DNA of 27,551 nucleotides from Bacillota bacterium (GCA_003444595.1 DLUO01000072.1:1-27551), one strand, 5' to 3'. Shown: positions 18,536-27,248, counted from the first letter of the stretch. Notes: a model not told the origin generated them from the letters alone. A program made the numbers and translations.

Positions 18536-20179
18536 CTACCTACCCCAAGTTCCTCTGATATAAACCAGTTTGTTCTGAACGGTGGGAACTGCCCGGGCAA
18601 CGCCGTCCTTTGTAAAAAACCAGCCGTTTAACGCTTCCGGATTATAAGCAAAGGTTATCTTCCGGTAATAAAGGGTCAGGGTGGGGAGTTCTTCAGCAAT
18701 AATCTCCTGCAGGCGGGCAACCTGCTTGTAACGTTCTTCGTAGTCCATCTCCCTCAACTGCCGGGCAAAAAGATCGTTAAACTCCTCATTAACCCACTGC
18801 CCTCCCCCTTGAGCCGTCACGCTGGGGGTAGATCCCAGGCTTCTTTCATCACTGACAAAACGGGCCAATAAGACAGGGTCCCCGCCGAAAGAACCGTGCC
18901 CGTTCAGGGCTAAAGTAAATTTACCCTCTTTGATTAGCGAGTCCACACTGTTCTGATCCAGTGTTTTGATCTCTAGCGCCACACCAATATCTCCCAGGTA
19001 GCTTTTCACCATTTCCGCTTCATTTACTCTGTCATTTACCACTAAAAGTTCATACTGCATAGCTTTGCCGTTAAATTCACGGATACCGTCGCCGTCTTTG
19101 TCCAGTATCCCGGCCTCATCAAGTAAATTCCTGGCTAGATCCGGGTCGAAATCGTATTCTTTTACCTGAGGATAGTACCATTCCGAATCGGGGTGGATAT
19201 GCCCCGCGTTGCCGGGATCAGCCCCGCCACCGACGGCTTTTTCCACAATTTCATCTCTGTTGATGGCATAATAAAAAGCTTTCCTGACGCTCTTCTCCGT
19301 AAATTCAGGGAAATCGAAATTAAAATACAGGCGATATACCCAGAATCCGGGACCTTCCAAGACGTTGAACCGGCCTTCACTCTTCAGGCGCATCGCCTCA
19401 CCATAGCCGAGGCGCTGTGCGGCATCCAGATCACCGTCGGCCAAGGCCTGAAGAGGGTCGTTGACTTCTGAAAATATAAGCTTATCGATAACCGGAGCAC
19501 CCAAAAAGTAGTTCGTATTCGCGGCAAAGATATATGTTCCCGCTGTGGGATCATAGTGCTCCAAGGTGAATGGACCGGAACCGATGACCGATTCGGGGGT
19601 ATTAAACTGGCTGGGGTCGGTAACATCCTGCCAGATATGCCGGGGCATTATAGGCACATTTCCGGCGATTTCGCTTAAAAACGGAGCATAAGTATCAACC
19701 AGTTCAATTTTTGCCGTATGCTCGTCCACAACTTCCACGTTTTTTACCATCTCCAGAGAAACCCAGGGATGTGGATGTTCTTGCATATATTCAAAGGAAA
19801 ACTTCACATCTTCGGCAGTAACAGGGGTTCCATCGCTAAAAAAAGCATCTTTAACAAGATAAAAGGTCCAACTTTTGGCATCATCAGCCAGCTCCCAGCG
19901 CTCTGCAAGCAAGGGCACCAGGCCTTTTTCGTCTTTCCAGGTCAGAGTATCGAACAGAAAACTGGTTAACAGATACCCACGACCCCGGGACGAGACCGTA
20001 TAGACGGAGGGAAAACCAAGATTCTGTTCATCGAGACGCAACACCCTTTCTCCCCTTGTGTCATCCCCGGAAGCTTCCTCCGCCGGCCCGGGGGCAGACG
20101 TTTTCTGTTCTGCACACCCCCCTAACACCAGCATGAAAAGTAAAAAAAACGACAGTAGAAGTAACAAGCTTTTTCTCAC
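18536..20179 (-). CDS. Family-5 (OppA/DppA/NikA-like) substrate-binding lipoprotein
   Basis: LGGC lipobox after a hydrophobic signal. LFDTL, PLLAERW, FSDGTPVTAEDVKFS, IGSGPF, VRKA..YAINR motifs. GTG at 20179 with GGAGG RBS. Confidence 0.95.
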   Translation of the reverse strand: MRKSLLLLLSFFLLFMLVLGGCAEQKTSAPGPAEEASGDDTRGERVLRLDEQNLGFPSVYTVSSRGRGYLLTSFLFDTLTWKDEKGLVPLLAERWELADDAKSWTFYLVKDAFFSDGTPVTAEDVKFSFEYMQEHPHPWVSLEMVKNVEVVDEHTAKIELVDTYAPFLSEIAGNVPIMPRHIWQDVTDPSQFNTPESVIGSGPFTLEHYDPTAGTYIFAANTNYFLGAPVIDKLIFSEVNDPLQALADGDLDAAQRLGYGEAMRLKSEGRFNVLEGPGFWVYRLYFNFDFPEFTEKSVRKAFYYAINRDEIVEKAVGGGADPGNAGHIHPDSEWYYPQVKEYDFDPDLARNLLDEAGILDKDGDGIREFNGKAMQYELLVVNDRVNEAEMVKSYLGDIGVALEIKTLDQNSVDSLIKEGKFTLALNGHGSFGGDPVLLARFVSDERSLGSTPSVTAQGGGQWVNEEFNDLFARQLREMDYEERYKQVARLQEIIAEELPTLTLYYRKITFAYNPEALNGWFFTKDGVARAVPTVQNKLVYIRGTWGR

Positions 20180-20320
20180 TTCTTCTCCTCCCGCCAATTT
20201 CTTTAGTGTGTTTAGCTAAATACAGTAGCCTGCTACGAAATCCATTATTCCATTTGCTCTCTTCCTTGTCCAATACAATCTATCTATAGTTAATTTAAAT
20301 AGTATTAAAGATAACTATGG

Positions 20321-20345
20321 AAAAAGAAAATCCCCCATACAGGGG
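20321..20345 (-). terminator. Weak terminator-like hairpin upstream of the ABC importer operon
   Basis: Minus strand CCCC-TGTAT-GGGG followed by GATTTTCTTTTT. The stem is short. Confidence 0.35.
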
Positions 20346-20476
20346 CTGGTTAATATAAATAGATGGGAGTGCCGAACCACGCAAAGTTAGGGAGTCGGCC
20401 CGGTTTACGTGTATCCGAAGTTGCAACTCTAATTTTGATTGCGAGAAGGCAAGGTAATGCTCCTTCATGAGAGGAC

Positions 20477-20926
20477 TTATTGGTCCGGATTGGCGTAACA
20501 GTATAGACAACCGCTTTTACAGGTCATAGCGTACCAGCCCAGATCAATTGAAGAGGTGCATCCGCACAGCTCTCTCTGATTTTTGGCTTTGGCGGTGGTA
20601 CACTGTTCTTTTTGCGGGTGCAGCCTGCTGAGCAGCTCTCCATCGATACACCTGCTCACCGGCGCGCCGGGTATGCAGCAGGCATGAACAACCTCCTGGC
20701 CGGACGACTTCTTTAGCATGTTCAGGATCTCCAGCTGCATTTCAGTTGAATATGGCAGCAGGATAAATCCGTGCCTGGCAAGCCTTTGGACAACCTTGGG
20801 GTAGGGTGAGCAAAAACTTGTTGAGAAATTGCGGATGCCGTATCTGCAAGACAACTGTACAATCTCCATAGCCCGTTCCTGATTATCGATTACTTTGCCG
20901 TTTTCTAAGCCTGGAAAGATAGTAAA
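20477..20926 (-). pseudogene. 5'-truncated DUF1848-family (Fe-S, radical-SAM-like) gene
   Basis: CID..L, QRELCGC..SIDLG.Y..C..GCLYCYANP C-terminal motifs. The frame is closed by TGA just above 20926 and the N-terminal half is missing. Confidence 0.8.
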
Positions 20927-21055
20927 TCATAATGCCGTAGACAGTTAAGTATGAACCGACTAAAAACAAAATTACGATATAATCTAAATTTAGTAACGCA
21001 AAAATGAGCATTAGCGCGGCATAAATATAACCCATGATAAAAATTAAATAAAAAC

Positions 21056-21114
21056 GGAAAGTTTGCTTTACATTTATTATAACACTACACCTTTAAATGT
21101 CAAGTAAACTTTCC
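21056..21114 (-). promoter_or_regulatory. Consensus sigma-A promoter enclosed by a 21-bp inverted repeat (operator)
   Basis: Minus strand TTGACA (21103-21098), 16-nt spacer, TGn-TATAAT (21081-21076). Arms 21056-21076 and 21094-21114 are reverse complements with 2 mismatches. Confidence 0.75.
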
Positions 21115-21168
21115 ATCAGTTAATATAAAAGTCCGGGATTTCCTTTTGAATTAATGCTATATTATAAT

Positions 21169-21284
21169 GAAGACAGCGGCCTGGTTGGGCATCTGGCAGA
21201 GAAAAAAGCCTCCTGCTTATCGAACTGCTCTCAGAGAGTATCGACTTCTTTAACGGTATTCCGAAAGAGCGCGAAATGGAGTGA
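21169..21284 (+). pseudogene. Possible C-terminal remnant of a MarR-type regulator
   Basis: GLVGHL plus, after a frameshift, EKSLLLIELLSESIDFFNGIPKEREME*. This resembles the last helix of MarR proteins that precede such exporters. No start codon. Confidence 0.4.
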
Positions 21285-21293
21285 ATTAGTGAG

Positions 21294-23018
21294 TTGAAGC
21301 TGTTTCGCTACCTAAAACCCTTTAGATTGCCTATTTGTGCTACTCTGATCCTGGTCATGATACGTGCGCTGGCTGACCTCTACCTTCCCACGCTATCAGC
21401 CGATATGGTTAACGTAGGCATAGTAAACAGAGATATTCAGTATATTTGGCATGTTGGCATCCGCATGCTGGTATTTGCAGCAGCCGGGGCTTCAGCATTC
21501 ATCCTGTCCGGCTATCTCTCTTCTAGGACTGCCGCAGGATTTGCCAGGCTTCTGCGTGAAAAGGTTTTTTCTCGCGTGGAGAGTTTTTCGCTGCACGAGT
21601 TTAACCGCTTCGGCACCGCTTCCCTTATTAACCGCACGACGAATGATATCACCCAGCTTCAAAACGTTTTATTATTTGGAATGCGCATGATAGTTATGGC
21701 ACCCATGTTAAGCATCGGCAGCTTATTTTTAGCCTTTTCCATAGAACCTGTTCTGGCACGGACCTTCGTTGCGGTCATTCCGGTGCTGTTTGCCATTATC
21801 TTCATTACCATGAGAAAAGGGGTTCCTCTTTTTCAAGCCATGCAGGTTAAACTGGACAATTTGAACCTTATAATGCGGGAGAGGCTGACCGGGATAAGGG
21901 TTGTCCGGGCCTTTAACCGAGATGACTACGAAAAACAGCGTTTTCAGGATGCCAACAGGGATTACACCGCTACAGCGATCCGCGTTAACCGCATTATGGG
22001 AGCGATGATGCCCTTAATGGCCCTGGTTATGAATTTAACCATTGTGGGTATTGTATGGTTTGCAGGTATCCGTATCGATCTTGGTTTTACAGACGTGGGC
22101 AATTTGATGGCGTTTATCCAATATGCCATGCACATTATGTTCTCCTTTGTAGCGATATCCAGAATTTTCGCGGCTATCCCACGTGCCACTGCTTCAGCGG
22201 CAAGAGTTAATGAAATTCTCGATACTGCTGTCGAGATCAGAGATCCGGAAAATGCTAAAAAGACGAAAGGTAAAGGCGGCTCCGTGGAGTTCAGGGATGT
22301 CACCTTCAGTTATCCCGGAGCGGAACACTCGGCTCTCAGCGGCATTTCTTTCATGGCCAGGCCAGGCAAGGTTACGGGAATCATCGGCAGTACGGGTTCG
22401 GGAAAATCCACCCTCGCTAGCCTGATACTGCGTTTTTATGATGTAGACAGCGGCAGCATACTTGTAGATGGCGTTGACGTGCGGGAGATGACACAGGAAA
22501 GCCTGCGCAGCAAAATTGGCTTCGTGCCCCAAAATGCAGTTCTCTTTTCCGGTTCTGTGCTGGAAAACATCCGCTTCGGCCGGGAAGATGCTGAGGAAAA
22601 AGATATCGTGAGAGCAGCCGAGACTGCACAGGCGGCAAGCTTTATCCTGGATATGAAAGAAGGCTTCTCTTCCATGATTGCCCAAGGAGGCCGAAATATT
22701 TCAGGAGGGCAGAAACAGCGTATATCCATAGCCAGAGCAATTGTTAGAAGAGCAAAAATTTATATATTTGATGACTGTTTTTCAGCCCTCGATTACAAAA
22801 CAGAGGCAAGGCTCCGCTCTGCGCTTTTCAAGGAAACAAAAGATTCGACCGTAATTATTATCTCGCAGAGGGTCAGTACGGTTAAGGAGGCCGACCAGAT
22901 TATTGTCCTGGAAGAAGGAAAAATTGCCGGTATCGGCACCCATGAAGAGTTGCTGAATGACTGTGCTATTTACCGGGAGATTGTTTCTTCGCAGTTTTCA
23001 GAGGAGGGGATCGCTTGA
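21294..23018 (+). CDS. Heterodimeric type IV ABC exporter subunit A (degenerate NBD)
   Basis: 6-TM domain, GSTGSGKST, ISGGQKQR, FDDCFSALD (no catalytic Glu), SQR in place of the H-switch; TM287/288- and EfrAB-like. Confidence 0.95.
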   Translation: MKLFRYLKPFRLPICATLILVMIRALADLYLPTLSADMVNVGIVNRDIQYIWHVGIRMLVFAAAGASAFILSGYLSSRTAAGFARLLREKVFSRVESFSLHEFNRFGTASLINRTTNDITQLQNVLLFGMRMIVMAPMLSIGSLFLAFSIEPVLARTFVAVIPVLFAIIFITMRKGVPLFQAMQVKLDNLNLIMRERLTGIRVVRAFNRDDYEKQRFQDANRDYTATAIRVNRIMGAMMPLMALVMNLTIVGIVWFAGIRIDLGFTDVGNLMAFIQYAMHIMFSFVAISRIFAAIPRATASAARVNEILDTAVEIRDPENAKKTKGKGGSVEFRDVTFSYPGAEHSALSGISFMARPGKVTGIIGSTGSGKSTLASLILRFYDVDSGSILVDGVDVREMTQESLRSKIGFVPQNAVLFSGSVLENIRFGREDAEEKDIVRAAETAQAASFILDMKEGFSSMIAQGGRNISGGQKQRISIARAIVRRAKIYIFDDCFSALDYKTEARLRSALFKETKDSTVIIISQRVSTVKEADQIIVLEEGKIAGIGTHEELLNDCAIYREIVSSQFSEEGIA

Positions 23019-24892
23019 GCACCGAACACAGACATAGTATTCCTCCATTGGGCCCGACAAGAGGCAGACGGATAAAAGGGTTGTCCATGCCCTCTGAAAA
23101 AGCAAAAAATTTTAAGGGAACCCTCATCAGGCTGCTGGGGTATTTAAGGCCATACCGGTTTTGGCTGCTGGTTGTTTTAGCAGCAGCTGTTGGGGGAGCG
23201 GTTTTTAATATCATCAGCCCGAAAATTCTGGGGGAGGCTACGACAATTATATTTGAAGGAGTAATGAACAAACTAAGGGGAGTTCCGGGTGCCGGCATCG
23301 ATTTTGAGCGGATCGCGTCGATCCTTCTTTTACTCGTTATGCTATACATTTTAAGCGCGGTATTTACTTACCTGGAACACTATATCATGGCTGGTGTAGC
23401 CCAAAAAACGGTATATAACCTCCGTGAAGAGGTCAGCGCGAAACTCTCCCGCTTACCGTTAAAGTATTTTGATTCTCACGGCCATGGAGAGATTCTAAGC
23501 CGGGTCACAAATGATATAGACCTTATCGGCACCACCTTACAGCAGAGCCTGATGCTACTGATAACATCGCTGGTCACCGTTTCTGGGATATTGGTGATGA
23601 TGCTGACCATAAGCCCGTGGATGACAGTGATTGCCCTTGTAACGCTTCCTCTATCTTATGTGGTAACAGTCAAGATCGCTGCCTATGCGCAGAAGAACTT
23701 TGCCGCGCAGCAGAAAGAGCTCGGCAGACTTAACAGCTATATAGAAGAAACTTACAGCGGCCACATGATCGTCAAGGCCTTCGGCAATGAAGAGAAAGCA
23801 ATCCGGCGTTTTAATATGATAAACGAGAAATTGTATGAATCAAGCTGGCGCGCGCAATTTATCTCCAGTATAATCATGCCGCTGATCGGAATTATAAATA
23901 ACTTCGGTTACGTGCTGGTCTGCATCGTGGGAAGTATTTTGGTCGCTCAGGGCAGGATCCCTATCGGAAATTTGCAGGCTTTTATCCAGTACTCCAAACA
24001 GCTTACCCATCCCATCGTCAATTTCGCCAGCATAGCCAACATTATCCAGTCTACTATAGCAGCTGCTGAGCGCGTTTTTGAGCTTCTGGACGAAGCTGAG
24101 GAGATCCCGGACAGCGCTGAAGCTCTGTCTGCTTTTTCTCCGCGCGGTGACGTCAGGTTCAATAACGTCAGGTTTGGTTACAGTGAAGAAAAAATAATTA
24201 TAAACAAGATGAATATCGATGTGAAGGCTGGACAGACGGTTGCCATTGTAGGTCCCACCGGCGCGGGTAAAACGACACTAGTCAACCTGTTGATGCGTTT
24301 TTACGAGGTTAACGATGGCAAAATCACCATTGACGGCCTGGATATCAGGGATATAAGGCGCGGCACGCTGCGCTCTGTTTTCGGCATGGTCCTGCAGGAT
24401 ACCTGGCTTTTTAAGGGCACCATTAAGGATAACATTGCCTACGGAAGGATAGGGGCCAGCGAAGATGAGATCGTCAGCGCAGCAAAAGCGGCCTATGCCG
24501 ATCGTTTTATCCGTACCCTTCCTGACGGTTATGATACCGTTCTAAATGAAGAGGCGTCAAATATTTCCCAGGGGCAGAAACAACTGCTCACCATCGCGCG
24601 CGCTATATTGGCCGATCCGGCCATCCTGATCCTGGATGAAGCCACCAGCAGCGTCGATACACGCACAGAGCTGCTCATCCAGAGAGCCATGGCCGACTTG
24701 ATGAAAAGCCGGACCAGCTTTGTTATTGCTCATAGGCTATCTACCATACACAACGCGGATAAAATTTTGGTCATGAATGAAGGGGAGGTGGTGGAGAAGG
24801 GCACGCATAGCCAGCTGCTGGCCATGGAAGGTTTCTACAAGGAGCTGTATGAAAGCCAGTTCGCAGAAAAGCCCTCCTTCAAGGCAGGATAA
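23015..24892 (+). CDS. Heterodimeric type IV ABC exporter subunit B (consensus catalytic residues)
   Basis: GPTGAGKTT, ISQGQKQL, LDEATSSVD, AHRL. 4-nt overlap (TTGA) with subunit A. Confidence 0.95.
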   Translation: MSTEHRHSIPPLGPTRGRRIKGLSMPSEKAKNFKGTLIRLLGYLRPYRFWLLVVLAAAVGGAVFNIISPKILGEATTIIFEGVMNKLRGVPGAGIDFERIASILLLLVMLYILSAVFTYLEHYIMAGVAQKTVYNLREEVSAKLSRLPLKYFDSHGHGEILSRVTNDIDLIGTTLQQSLMLLITSLVTVSGILVMMLTISPWMTVIALVTLPLSYVVTVKIAAYAQKNFAAQQKELGRLNSYIEETYSGHMIVKAFGNEEKAIRRFNMINEKLYESSWRAQFISSIIMPLIGIINNFGYVLVCIVGSILVAQGRIPIGNLQAFIQYSKQLTHPIVNFASIANIIQSTIAAAERVFELLDEAEEIPDSAEALSAFSPRGDVRFNNVRFGYSEEKIIINKMNIDVKAGQTVAIVGPTGAGKTTLVNLLMRFYEVNDGKITIDGLDIRDIRRGTLRSVFGMVLQDTWLFKGTIKDNIAYGRIGASEDEIVSAAKAAYADRFIRTLPDGYDTVLNEEASNISQGQKQLLTIARAILADPAILILDEATSSVDTRTELLIQRAMADLMKSRTSFVIAHRLSTIHNADKILVMNEGEVVEKGTHSQLLAMEGFYKELYESQFAEKPSFKAG

Positions 24893-24934
24893 AATCAGGA
24901 TTATCATGCTGATTAGCGCTATGATCGCTGCAGT
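24893..24934. repeat. 42-bp direct repeat, copy 1 (signal-peptide-coding piece of a lipoprotein gene)
   Basis: Matches 26034-26075 with 1 mismatch and begins immediately after the exporter TAA. Confidence 0.9.
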
Positions 24935-24973
24935 GATGGCCCGCAAACCCTTCTGTTAAAATTTTCAATTTTG

Positions 24974-24982
24974 TGGTATAAT
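24974..24982 (+). promoter_or_regulatory. Extended -10 promoter of the DUF6922/nucleotidyltransferase operon
   Basis: TGgTATAAT, followed by a GGAGG RBS before ATG 25009. The same element is present in copy 2. Confidence 0.6.
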
Positions 24983-25008
24983 AATATAACATTGTTGGAG
25001 GTATTACA

Positions 25009-25305
25009 ATGCTTCCAGCCTTCCTTCACCGGTATTTCTGGGACCATCCGGTAAATCAAGTTAATAAAGAAACACATAGTTTTTTTATTATTGAGCGGCT
25101 TTTAGAGCTTGGTAACGACGACGCTATCCGGTGGGTTTTGAGGAGTTATCCCCAACAAGAAATTACTGAAGTTGTTAAAAAAAGCCGTGTCCTTTCCAAA
25201 AAAACAGCAAATTTTTGGAAAAACTATTTCCGGTTAAACAAGGAGGAAATCAATTGTTTGCAAACGTCCTCTCAAAAGACCGAATCGATTTATTGGCCAT
25301 GCTAA
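25009..25305 (+). CDS. DUF6922-like protein, putative antitoxin
   Basis: YFWD........FFIIERLLELGN.......Y....I pattern, directly upstream of an AbiEii-type gene. Confidence 0.8.
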   Translation: MLPAFLHRYFWDHPVNQVNKETHSFFIIERLLELGNDDAIRWVLRSYPQQEITEVVKKSRVLSKKTANFWKNYFRLNKEEINCLQTSSQKTESIYWPC

Positions 25306-25895
25306 GCGAAAATAACTTGTTACAGGGCTTATATATGGCCGGGGGGACAGCTGCAGCATTACAGCTGGGCCATCGGAAATCGGAAGACTTTGATTTTTTT
25401 TCAGCCGAGCTGCATCCGGAAACACTGGCGAATAGTTTATCGGCAAAAACACAATTTGAGATATCTTCGGCTACAGCAGGTTCTCTACACGGCTTTATTA
25501 ACAATGTGAAAATAAGCTTTTTACTGTATCCATACCCACTGCTCTTTCCAACACAGTCGTTTATGCATGTAACTTTGGCTGATATAAAGGACATTGCTCT
25601 AATGAAAGTTGTTGCCATCGCAAATAGAGGCACCAATAAAGATTTTATCGATCTCTATTTTATCTGTAACACATGCATATCTCTTCAAGAACTACTATTA
25701 AATCTGTTTCCTAAAAAATACTCGAATCAATCCTATTCTCTTTATCATATTTTTCGCAGCCTGCAGTATTTTGAGGATGCAGAAAAATCTCCACCCATAG
25801 AAATGCTACACAACGTTGAGTGGAATATTGTTAAAGATTTCTTCATAAAAGAAACAGAACGCCTGGCAAAAAGCGTTCTGCCAGAAAATCATTAA
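25254..25895 (+). CDS. AbiEii/AbiGii-family nucleotidyltransferase (type IV TA toxin-like)
   Basis: YMAGGTAAALQLGHRKSEDFDFF, MKVVAIANRG..KDFIDLY, SL.YFEDAE motifs. TTG at 25254 with AAGGAGG RBS, overlapping the upstream gene by 52 nt. Confidence 0.9.
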   Translation: MFANVLSKDRIDLLAMLSENNLLQGLYMAGGTAAALQLGHRKSEDFDFFSAELHPETLANSLSAKTQFEISSATAGSLHGFINNVKISFLLYPYPLLFPTQSFMHVTLADIKDIALMKVVAIANRGTNKDFIDLYFICNTCISLQELLLNLFPKKYSNQSYSLYHIFRSLQYFEDAEKSPPIEMLHNVEWNIVKDFFIKETERLAKSVLPENH

Positions 25896-25899
25896 TAGC

Positions 25900-26090
25900 C
25901 AGCAATACAATAATCGACTGAAACCTTCTACAGTACGAAGGATATTCTCCTTATTCTACTCCGGCCTTTGCGGCTCTTCCTTTGTCCGCCAACGGCAGAC
26001 TGCTCACCAGAGCACTCAACATCCTGTTGCCGTAATCAGGATTATCATGCTGATTAGCGTTATGATCGCTGCAGTTATTATTTTGGACAA
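25900..26090 (-). pseudogene. Decayed lipoprotein gene
   Basis: GAGGAGG RBS, then TTG-start MSKIITAAIITLISMIILITATGC (lipobox Cys at codon 24), then immediately TGA. Fragments continue in shifted frames. The lower boundary is approximate. Confidence 0.6.
26034..26075. repeat. 42-bp direct repeat, copy 2
   Basis: Matches 24893-24934 with 1 mismatch. Confidence 0.9.
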
Positions 26091-26827
26091 GGTTGTTCCT
26101 CCTCTCCTATATTCATAGCCAGTTTCTTACTTAGTTTTTTACTCGTTTGTTGGAAGAAATCATCGGTAAGTTTGTCCTCCAGACCATATTTTCGATACAC
26201 CCAGTCGGCATAATGGTAGTTCATCCGATCAAGCAAAAGATAATCAATCTTTCCTTTAAACAGATCTGCAAGCTTCTCCGCCCCTGGAAGCATCGGAGCT
26301 ACCATGGCATAAGTCTTTATGCCGGCCTTATGCAACTCATCCAATGCATTTATCCTATCACTTATAGGTGGTGCGTTGGGCTCAAATATCTTCCTTATGG
26401 CATCGTCTGCCGTTGTGACGGAAAGGCCCGCTTCCAAATCTTGCATTTCCTTCAGAATATCAATATCCCTGAGTACCAAAGGCGAACGCGTTTGGATTGT
26501 CACAGGCCAGTTGTTTTGTGCCAGTATTTCCAGGCATTGCCTGGTCAGCTTATATCTTGCCTCCAATGGTTGGTACGGGTCGCAGACGCCACTTACCCAT
26601 ACTCTTCCTCGCTTTTTTTTCCTTATCTCTCCATAAAGCAAATCTGCTGCGTTTATCTTAACATCAACAAATTCTCCCCAGGGCTCTTTATGCCCGGTAA
26701 ACCGTTTCATAAAACGAGCATAGCAATAAGAGCAGCCATGTTGACAGCCCACATATGGATTAATGACCCAATCATAAATCTTGGATGCGGAGAGTATGGT
26801 TTTTACTTTTATTTCTTTAGTAATCAT
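26078..26827 (-). CDS. Radical SAM protein, SplB (spore photoproduct lyase)-like family
   Basis: INPYVGCQHGCSYCYARFM (CxxxCxxC), SGVCDPYQPLE, TRS.LVLRDID, FEP.AP motifs. Likely ATG at 26827; the ORF-track extension to 26908 runs through the repeat. Confidence 0.9.
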   Translation of the reverse strand: MITKEIKVKTILSASKIYDWVINPYVGCQHGCSYCYARFMKRFTGHKEPWGEFVDVKINAADLLYGEIRKKKRGRVWVSGVCDPYQPLEARYKLTRQCLEILAQNNWPVTIQTRSPLVLRDIDILKEMQDLEAGLSVTTADDAIRKIFEPNAPPISDRINALDELHKAGIKTYAMVAPMLPGAEKLADLFKGKIDYLLLDRMNYHYADWVYRKYGLEDKLTDDFFQQTSKKLSKKLAMNIGEEEQPCPK

Positions 26828-26951
26828 ATTTTTATACGACGGCTCGTGATGAAGGGGACAGCATATAGCGAGAAGATGGCCTGCAACCCCTTCTGTTAAA
26901 TTTTTCAATTATGTGGTATAATAATGATATAACATTATTGGAGGTATTACA

Positions 26952-27248
26952 ATGCTTCCAGCCTTCCTTCACCGGTATTTCTGGGACCATCCGGTAAATC
27001 AAATTAATAAAGAAACACATAGTTTTTTTATTATTGAGCGGCTTTTAGAGCTTGGTAACGACGACGCTATCCGGTGGGTTTTGCGGAGCTATCCCCAACA
27101 AGAAATTACTGAAGTTGTAAAAAAAAGCCGTGTCCTTTCCAAAAAAACAGCAAATTTTTGGAAAAACTATTTCCGGTTAAACAAGGAGGAAATCAATTGT
27201 TTGCAAATGTCCTCTCGAGAGAGCGAATCGATTTATTGGCCATGCTAA
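26952..27248 (+). CDS. DUF6922-like protein, second copy
   Basis: 98 aa, 5 amino-acid differences from 25009..25305. Confidence 0.8.
   Translation: MLPAFLHRYFWDHPVNQINKETHSFFIIERLLELGNDDAIRWVLRSYPQQEITEVVKKSRVLSKKTANFWKNYFRLNKEEINCLQMSSRESESIYWPC

Larger units (their letters stand above)
24935..25589. repeat. ~655-bp direct repeat, copy 1 (promoter + DUF6922 + 5' part of AbiEii-type gene)
   Basis: Aligns with 26875-27532. Manual count gives 14 substitutions over 25009-25589, plus 5 substitutions and a 3-nt indel in the upstream spacer. Confidence 0.95.

Noticed and set aside
20200-20470. Moco/Wco or c-di-GMP-I riboswitch ahead of the ABC/AOR operon
   Set aside because: Only short word matches (GGCACTCCCAT; ACGCAAAG on the wrong strand), with no GNRA tetraloop/receptor architecture. 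An Infernal scan would be decisive.
24893-24934. 42-bp repeat as an integron attC or recombination site
   Set aside because: It has some dyad symmetry, but no RYYYAAC/GTTRRRY boxes and no integrase nearby. It is fully explained as the signal-peptide-coding part of a duplicated lipoprotein gene.
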